Source of the DNA: an uncultured Acidimicrobiales bacterium | GTDB taxonomy: Bacteria; Actinomycetota; Acidimicrobiia; Acidimicrobiales; VFJN01 | NCBI GenBank assembly: GCA_963830865.1 | Contig: CAWHNU010000005.1 | Coordinates: 214,715 to 278,714 of the forward strand | DNA: 64,000 nt | Direction of reading: 5' to 3' | Shown here: positions 58,742 through 64,000 of the stretch, piece after piece | Numbering within the stretch: position 1 is the first letter of the stretch | How the letters are laid out: every line of letters begins with the position of its first letter | Notes under the pieces: generated by a model | The model's database searches: none | What the model was told of the DNA's origin: nothing | What the model saw: only the letters and a program-made list of their open reading frames with translations | Translations under genes and position numbers: made by a program

Positions 58742-59986
58742 CTACGGGAACAGGCCCCGGCTGGTGATCGCGTCGGCCACCCGCTCGATGGCGACGACGT
58801 GGGCGGCCGTGCGCAGGCTGACGCCCAGGGTCTGGGCCCGGGCCCAGACCGCCGTGAACGTGTGCTCCATGCGCTGGCGCAGGCGCTCCGCCACCACCGA
58901 GTCGTCCCACGGGTAGCCCTGGCGGGCCTGCGCCCACTCGAAGTAGCTGGCGGTGACGCCGCCGGCGTTGGCCAGGATGTCCGGCACGACCACGACGCCC
59001 CGCCGGTCGAGCACCGGCTGGGCCTCGAGCGTGGTGGGGCCGTTGGCGGCCTCGACCACGAGCGGTGCGGCGATCCGCTCGGCCACCGAGGCGTCGATCA
59101 CCCCGCCCAGGGCGGCCGGCACCACCAACTCGCACTCGACCTCCCAGATCGCGTCGGCGCCGATCGCCTCCGCGCCCCGGAACCCGGCGACCGAGCCCGA
59201 CTCGGCCACGTGGTCCGACAGGGCCGCGATGTCGATGCCGCCCTCGTTCAGGACCGCCCCGCCCAGGTCGCTCACGGCCACGACCCGCATGCCCGCCGAC
59301 GACAGGAGGAACGCCAGCGGCCCGCCGACCTTTCCGAACCCCTGCAGCACCGCCCGGCTGCCGACGAAGCGCATCTCCAGCTCGCGGAACGCCACCCGAG
59401 CACAATCGAGGCACCCCGCCGACGTCGCGCCCGTGTGGTAGCGGGTGCCGCCGAGCGACAGCGGCTTGCCGGTCACCGACGCGGGCAGCGCGTGGCCCTT
59501 GACCATCGACAACGTGTCCATCAGCCAGGCCATCACCCGGCCGTCGGTGTTGACGTCGGGGGCCGGGATGTCGGTGTCCGGGCCCAGCATGGCGCTGATC
59601 TCGTAGGCGAACCGGCGGGTGACCCGCTCGAGCTCGCCGATGGACAGGGCCCGGGGGTCGCAGCGAACGCCGCCCTTGGCCCCGCCGAAGGGCAGGTCCA
59701 GTAGGGCGGTCTTGAACGTCATCATCGCCGCCAGGGCCTTGACCTCGTCGACGTCGAGCTCCGGGTGGAACCGGATCCCGCCCTTGCCTGGCCCCCGGGT
59801 CGTGTCGTGATGGACCCGCCACCCGGTGAACACCTCGACGGACCCGTCGTCGAGCCGCACGGGCACCGCCACCTCCAGCACGCGGCGGGGGGTGCGCAGC
59901 ATGCGGTGCACGTCGGGATCGAGCTTGGCCAGCTCACCCGCTTCGTCGAGGTGGTCGAGGACGGCCTGCCAGGACCTGGAACTCAT
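58742..59986 (-). CDS. Glu/Leu/Phe/Val dehydrogenase (glutamate dehydrogenase-like)
   Basis: Track ORF of 414 aa. Carries GPGKGGIRFHP and the catalytic-Lys region LPFGGAKGGV. Confidence 0.9.
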   Translation of the reverse strand: MSSRSWQAVLDHLDEAGELAKLDPDVHRMLRTPRRVLEVAVPVRLDDGSVEVFTGWRVHHDTTRGPGKGGIRFHPELDVDEVKALAAMMTFKTALLDLPFGGAKGGVRCDPRALSIGELERVTRRFAYEISAMLGPDTDIPAPDVNTDGRVMAWLMDTLSMVKGHALPASVTGKPLSLGGTRYHTGATSAGCLDCARVAFRELEMRFVGSRAVLQGFGKVGGPLAFLLSSAGMRVVAVSDLGGAVLNEGGIDIAALSDHVAESGSVAGFRGAEAIGADAIWEVECELVVPAALGGVIDASVAERIAAPLVVEAANGPTTLEAQPVLDRRGVVVVPDILANAGGVTASYFEWAQARQGYPWDDSVVAERLRQRMEHTFTAVWARAQTLGVSLRTAAHVVAIERVADAITSRGLFP

Positions 59987-60061
59987 CGTCTCTCCTTCGT
60001 GCCAGCCGACTTCGTTGGCGGCCGCCCCCTGAGCATGCCAATTCTCGGGGGTGGAGCGACG

Positions 60062-60650
60062 TTACTCCTCCCGGTCTGCCTCGGGGAGCCCTGGTTCGTC
60101 GATGCTTGGCACGCCCGCGGACGATTCGGTGCCGACCTCGGCCGCGGCTTCCGGCTCGCGGCTCGGACTCGGCCTCCGCCTCGGCGGCCGGCTCCGCGGC
60201 GGCCTCGGGCTCGGACTCCGGCTCGGCGGCGGCCTCGGACTCGGACTCGGCGGCGGCCTCGGGCTCGGACTCCGGCTCGGCGGCGGGCTCCGGCTCGGCT
60301 TCGGACTCCGGCGCGGGCTCAGCCTCCGGCGCCGGCTCGCTGGCGGGCGCCTCCCCGTTCCCGGCCGGCGGGTAGAAGATGTACAGCCCCCGGATCACGT
60401 CCAGCAGCCGGGCGCCGGTCCAGCCCTCGGCCAGGTGGACGGTGACCACGCTGCCGTTGGCGTGGACCTCCGTGACCCCACCCGTCTCGAACAGGCGGCG
60501 GGCCAGGACGTCGACCGGCCGCTCCGCCAGGACGTCGTCGACCGAGCGGTAGCGCTCGTGGCCCATGCCGGTCAGCGACCGGTTGGTCTCGAAGCGGGCG
60601 ATGCCGGGCGTGGAGCTCGGCTTCTCGACGACGTTGATGGGCTGTCCCAT
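60062..60650 (-). pseudogene. Nfu/NifU N-terminal-domain-like protein with an acidic E/P/A/S repeat tail; one +1 frame break as assembled
   Basis: ATG at 60650 inside track ORF 59934..61910. It begins MGQPINVVEKPSSTPGIARFETNRSLTGMGHERY...LARRLFETGGVTEVHANGSVVTVHL. After the extra nt at about 60150 (gagccg-C-gagccggaa) the tail reads EPEAAAEVGTESSAGVPSIDEPGLPEADREE and stops at TAA 60062-60064, instead of running into gdh. Confidence 0.55.
60150..60340. repeat. imperfect tandem GC-rich repeats (two 33-nt copies of cggcggcggcctcgggctcggactccggctcgg plus degenerate units) coding the acidic tail
   Basis: Read directly, with copies starting at about 60195 and about 60249. Confidence 0.5.
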
Positions 60651-60716
60651 GGCGGCGGCATGATATCCCTGCACTTCGAGAGCACCCGAAACCGTCGGTA
60701 CGGAGGTGGTACGCAC

Positions 60717-61928
60717 GTGGGCACCGAGACCATCGAGGTGACCGGGCACATCGTCGACTCGCTGCTGCTCGCCAAGATCCTCGACGCGATCCTCGACGCC
60801 GGTTGTGACTACGAGATCGCCGACGTGCAGATCGGCAAGACCAGCATCGACCCGTCGCACGCCCGCATCGCCGTCACCGGCGACGACGACGTGCTGGGGC
60901 CGCTGCTCGACGAGCTGCAGGTGCACGGGGCCAACCGCACCGCCTATGACGACGCCCGCCTCGTGCCCGCCGAGCGGGACGGCGTGCTTCCCGTCGGGTT
61001 CTACTCGACCACCAACCTCGCCGGGGACGTGCGGGTGGACGGCACATGGCTCCCCGTCGAGAACCCCGAGATGGATTGCGCCCTCGTCGTGGCCGACGGG
61101 CGGGCGCGCACCGTTCCGATGCACCGGGTGCGGGCGGGCGACCCCGTCGTGGTCGGGCGGGACGGCGTGCGGGTGCACGCGCCCGCCCACGCCCGGGACA
61201 CGCAGATGTTCGAGTTCATGGCGTCCGAGGTTTCGTCCGAGAAGCCCAAGACGCTCCTCGTCGCCCGGGTCGCCGACCGGGTGCGGGCCGCCCGCGCTCG
61301 GGGCGGGCGCGTCCTGGTCGTCGCCGGGCCCGCCGTCGTCCACACCGGCGGGGCGCCCGACCTGGCCCGGATGGTCGAGGCCGGCTGGGTCGACCTGCTG
61401 TTCGCGGGCAACGGCTTCGCCACCCACGACATCGAGGCCAACGTGCTCGGGACCTCGCTGGGCGTGTCCGTGGCCGAGGGCGTCCCGACCGAGGGCGGCC
61501 ACGCCAACCACCTGCGGGTCATCAACGAGGTGCGCCGGCACGGGTCGATCGCCGCCGCGGTCGAGGCCGGCTACGTGACCGGCGGCGTCATGCACGCCTG
61601 TGTGCGGGGCGGGGTGCCGTTCGTGCTCGGCGGCTCGATCCGGGACGACGGGCCGCTGCCCGACGTCATCTCCGACACCGTCGCCGCCACCGACGCCCTG
61701 CGGGAGCAGCTCCCCGGGGTCGAGGTCGCGCTCATGCTCGCCTCCACCCTCCACGCCATCGCCACCGGGAACTGCCTGCCCGCCGGGGTCGAGACGTTCT
61801 GCGTCGACATCAACCAGGCCGTCGTCACCAAGCTCGCCGACCGGGGCAGCCACCAGGCCCTCGGCATCGTGACCGACGTCGGGCCGTTCGTGCGCCAGCT
61901 CGTCGACCACCTCCTGGCCCGCACGTGA
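60717..61928 (+). CDS. LOR/SDH-domain TIGR00300-family protein (ornithine cyclodeaminase-like domain of AgrE/ArgZ)
   Basis: GTG at 60717, 9 nt after GGAGG, inside track ORF 60051..61928. It begins VGTETIEVTGHIVDSLLLAKILDAILDAGCDYEIADVQIG. The family assignment comes from recalled motifs. Confidence 0.7.
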   Translation: MGTETIEVTGHIVDSLLLAKILDAILDAGCDYEIADVQIGKTSIDPSHARIAVTGDDDVLGPLLDELQVHGANRTAYDDARLVPAERDGVLPVGFYSTTNLAGDVRVDGTWLPVENPEMDCALVVADGRARTVPMHRVRAGDPVVVGRDGVRVHAPAHARDTQMFEFMASEVSSEKPKTLLVARVADRVRAARARGGRVLVVAGPAVVHTGGAPDLARMVEAGWVDLLFAGNGFATHDIEANVLGTSLGVSVAEGVPTEGGHANHLRVINEVRRHGSIAAAVEAGYVTGGVMHACVRGGVPFVLGGSIRDDGPLPDVISDTVAATDALREQLPGVEVALMLASTLHAIATGNCLPAGVETFCVDINQAVVTKLADRGSHQALGIVTDVGPFVRQLVDHLLART

Positions 61929-62791
61929 GCGGGGCGCCCGATCCCCTGACCTGGGGGCGGCGGATCCTGATGTGCCCGCCCCGGCACTTCGGGGTCCTCT
62001 ACGAGATCAACCCGTGGATGCAGCGGGAGGTCGCCGTGGACCCCGACCGCGCGCTCGACCAGTGGCATGACCTGGTCGCCACCCTCCGGGCCGCCGGGGC
62101 CGAGGTCGTCGAGATGGACGCGCATCCGGAGGTCCCCGACCTCGTCTTCACCGCCAACGCCGGGCTCGTCAACGGCGACCAGTTCGTGCCCAGCCACTTC
62201 CGCCACCCCGAGCGTCAGCCCGAGACCGCGATCGACGCCGCTTGGTTCGCCGGCCACGGCTGGCGGGTCGACCGGCTGCCCGATCACGTCGACCACGAGG
62301 GGGCCGGCGACGCGCTGCCGTTCACCCCCGACGGCGGGCGGACCGTGCTGCTGTCCGGCTACTCGTTCCGGTCCGACGCGGGCGCCGCCACCGAGCTGGC
62401 GAGTCTGCTGCGCTGCCCGGTCCGGCCGATCCAGCTGGTCGACCCCCGGCTCTACCACCTGGATCTGACGTTCTGTCCGCTCGACGGCCGGCGGGCCATC
62501 GTCGCCCCGCTCGGCTGGGACCGCTACGGCGCAACCGTGATCGAGGCCCTGGTCCCCGAGCCGCTGGTCCTCAGCGACGACGAGGCGCTGTCGTTCTGCG
62601 CCAACTCGGTCGTCGTGGGCACCACGGTGGTCATGGCGGCCACCCCGCCCCGGGTCGGCCGCCAGCTGGAGGCTTGGGGCTTCGACGTGGCCGAGAGCCC
62701 GATCGGCGAGTTCCTCAAGGCGGGCGGCGGCTGCCGCTGCCTCACCCTGGCACTCGATCCGGTGCTGAGCGAGCAGCCGGTGAGCCGCTGA
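61925..62791 (+). CDS. amidinotransferase / guanidino-group-modifying enzyme (arginine dihydrolase / DDAH-like)
   Basis: GVLYEINPWM near the start, and a C-terminal catalytic-Cys motif EFLKAGGGCRCLTLAL. The GTG at 61925 overlaps the upstream TGA (GTGA), in the frame of track ORF 61046..62791. Confidence 0.8.
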   Translation: MSGAPDPLTWGRRILMCPPRHFGVLYEINPWMQREVAVDPDRALDQWHDLVATLRAAGAEVVEMDAHPEVPDLVFTANAGLVNGDQFVPSHFRHPERQPETAIDAAWFAGHGWRVDRLPDHVDHEGAGDALPFTPDGGRTVLLSGYSFRSDAGAATELASLLRCPVRPIQLVDPRLYHLDLTFCPLDGRRAIVAPLGWDRYGATVIEALVPEPLVLSDDEALSFCANSVVVGTTVVMAATPPRVGRQLEAWGFDVAESPIGEFLKAGGGCRCLTLALDPVLSEQPVSR

Positions 62792-63155
62792 CCGCCCGTC
62801 GGTCCTCCCGCCAGGCGAGAGCGGCCAGGACGACCGACACCACGCCCAGCACGACGTGGACGGCGGTGAACGCGGCGTCGTGGTCGGCCATCACGATCCG
62901 GGCGTCGCGCACGACCCACACCGCCACCGACCACCCGGCGAGCGCCCCGACCGCCAGCCGCGTGCATCGGGCCGAGCGCGCCACCAGCGCGACCACGACC
63001 CCCGCCGCCAGCAGCGTGAAGCTCAGCGCCAGGCCGGTCCGGCCCAGCTTCTCCCCGGCGTCGAGCGCGTCGTCGCGCCAGACGTTGGCGATCCGCGCCG
63101 TCCAGACGAAGAACGTCCAGGCGACGAGGGCCCAGGCGAACGGGCGGCGGCGCAT
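62742..63155 (-). CDS. hypothetical 4-TM membrane protein
   Basis: Track ORF of 137 aa. Its 3' end overlaps the amidinotransferase 3' end by 50 nt, so the true stop may differ. Confidence 0.5.
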   Translation of the reverse strand: MRRRPFAWALVAWTFFVWTARIANVWRDDALDAGEKLGRTGLALSFTLLAAGVVVALVARSARCTRLAVGALAGWSVAVWVVRDARIVMADHDAAFTAVHVVLGVVSVVLAALAWREDRRAVSGSPAARSAPDRVPG

Positions 63156-63198
63156 GCCCGCGAGGCTAGGCGGTGGCTCTCGTTAGGCTCCCATCGCG

Positions 63199-63604
63199 AT
63201 GTCCGACTTCAACACCGCGATCATCGACGAGTTCCGGGCCAACGACGGCAAGGTCGGCGGCATGTTCGCCGGGGCGAACATGCTGCTGCTCCACACCACG
63301 GGCGCCCGCACCGGCCAGGAGCGCGTCGTCCCGCTCGTCTACGAGCCCCACGCCGACGGCATGGTGATCTTCGGGTCCAAGGGCGGGGCCCCGACCCACC
63401 CCGACTGGTATCACAACCTGGTCGCCCACCCCGACGCCGCCGTCGAGGTCGGGAACGAGACAGTGCCCGTGCGGGCCCGGGTCACCGAGGGCGACGAATA
63501 CGAGCGCCTGTGGAAGCACCAGGTCGAGCGGATGCCCGGGCTCGCCGACTACCAGGCGCGCGACGACGCGCCGCATCCCGCTCCTCGTCCTCGAACGACG
63601 CTGA
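63199..63604 (+). pseudogene. deazaflavin (F420)-dependent nitroreductase-family protein (DDN-like); one +1 frame break near the 3' end as assembled
   Basis: Sequence is MSDFNTAIIDEFRANDGKVGG...LLLHTTGARTGQERVVPLVY...HPDWYHNL. After the extra nt at about 63561 (caggcgcgc-G-acgacg) it reads TTRRIPLLVLERR and stops at 63602-63604, a typical family ending. The track ORF instead runs on to 63966. Confidence 0.8.
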
Positions 63605-63621
63605 CGCCCGGCCGGCGGCCG

Positions 63622-63843
63622 TCAGGCCGAGCCGGAGCCCTCGGTCGGCGTCTCCTCGTCGACGTCGCCGAGGCCCATCCCGGCCTCCTCGAAGACCGGC
63701 TCGCCCTTCTGCTTGCCCTGCTCGTCGGGGAGCAGGTCGTCAGCCTCCGCCTGGCGGCGGGCCTCGTCGATCTCGCCGCCGAGCTCGTCGAGCCGCGCCT
63801 GCATCTCCTCGGGGTCGGGCCGGGCGTCACCTGTGTCGCTCAC
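63622..63843 (-). CDS. small acidic hypothetical protein (73 aa)
   Basis: Track ORF with a GTG start and uniformly high GC3. I recognise no family. Confidence 0.45.
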   Translation of the reverse strand: MSDTGDARPDPEEMQARLDELGGEIDEARRQAEADDLLPDEQGKQKGEPVFEEAGMGLGDVDEETPTEGSGSA

Positions 63844-63877
63844 GCTTGCGCCAGTACCCGATCCCGGACCGGGCCAA

Positions 63878-64000
63878 TCAGCCGGCCTCGGCGAGGGGGA
63901 AGAGCGTGCCCTGGGGATCGGGCCGGACGAGACGGGGGACGCCCGTCCACGGCAGCCCGTCCATGAACACCCAGCTGCGCCGGTGGATGGCGGACGGCCC
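63878..64000 (-). CDS. C-terminal fragment of an unidentified protein entering from beyond the window end
   Basis: Own translation: ...AIHRRSWVFMDGLPWTGVPRLVRPDPQGTLFPLAEAG, then a stop (TGA, complement of 63878-63880). Confidence 0.3.
   Translation of the reverse strand, partial: GPSAIHRRSWVFMDGLPWTGVPRLVRPDPQGTLFPLAEAG

Overview
This is a very GC-rich (not computed) chromosomal segment that looks actinobacterial. The markers for that are NucS/EndoMS, mycothiol S-conjugate amidase, the ImuA'-ImuB and DnaE2 mutasome, F420-type LLM and DDN enzymes, and leaderless-style promoters. I can support about 65 protein genes. They fall into four groups: lipid and acyl-CoA metabolism (ACAD, two AMP-ligases, three MFE-2-like or classical SDRs, an HtdY-like hydratase, thiolase, thioesterase II); DNA repair (nucS, an ATL-like protein, a Mug fusion, a RecB-family nuclease, imuA'-imuB, dnaE2); envelope and stress proteins (VanW, DedA, GlsB x2, NfeD-SPFH, MgtE-like); and regulators (PadR, TetR, PhoU, an STPK). 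I found no rRNA, tRNA, CRISPR array, transposase, integrase or phage gene. Most very long ORFs in the track are antisense or off-frame artefacts of high GC. Main observations: (1) More than 30 single-nucleotide frame breaks are packed into 38.3-42.55 kb across six conserved genes, and isolated breaks occur in at least six other genes (LLM, SDR, dnaE2, imuB, Nfu-like, DDN). These are most likely assembly indels, but they need read-level checking. (2) An identical 12-nt motif with RecA-NDp/PafBC-like geometry (TGTCATAC-N8-hexamer-N6-ATG) sits upstream of two unrelated genes. (3) A two-gene LOR/SDH (TIGR00300) plus amidinotransferase pair resembles a split cyanobacterial AgrE/ArgZ arginine dihydrolase / ornithine cyclodeaminase. 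(4) There are unusual architectures: a SAM-methyltransferase-Mug fusion, a PAP2-DsbA-like read-through, and a 51-aa stand-alone canonical C2H2 zinc finger. (5) There is a 42-bp AT-rich near-perfect palindrome upstream of the PadR gene, and LexA-type boxes at imuA' and dnaE2. I see no clear self-contained novel multi-gene system such as a defence island. Every function call rests on my own reading of the translated sequence and recalled family motifs; no database search was run.
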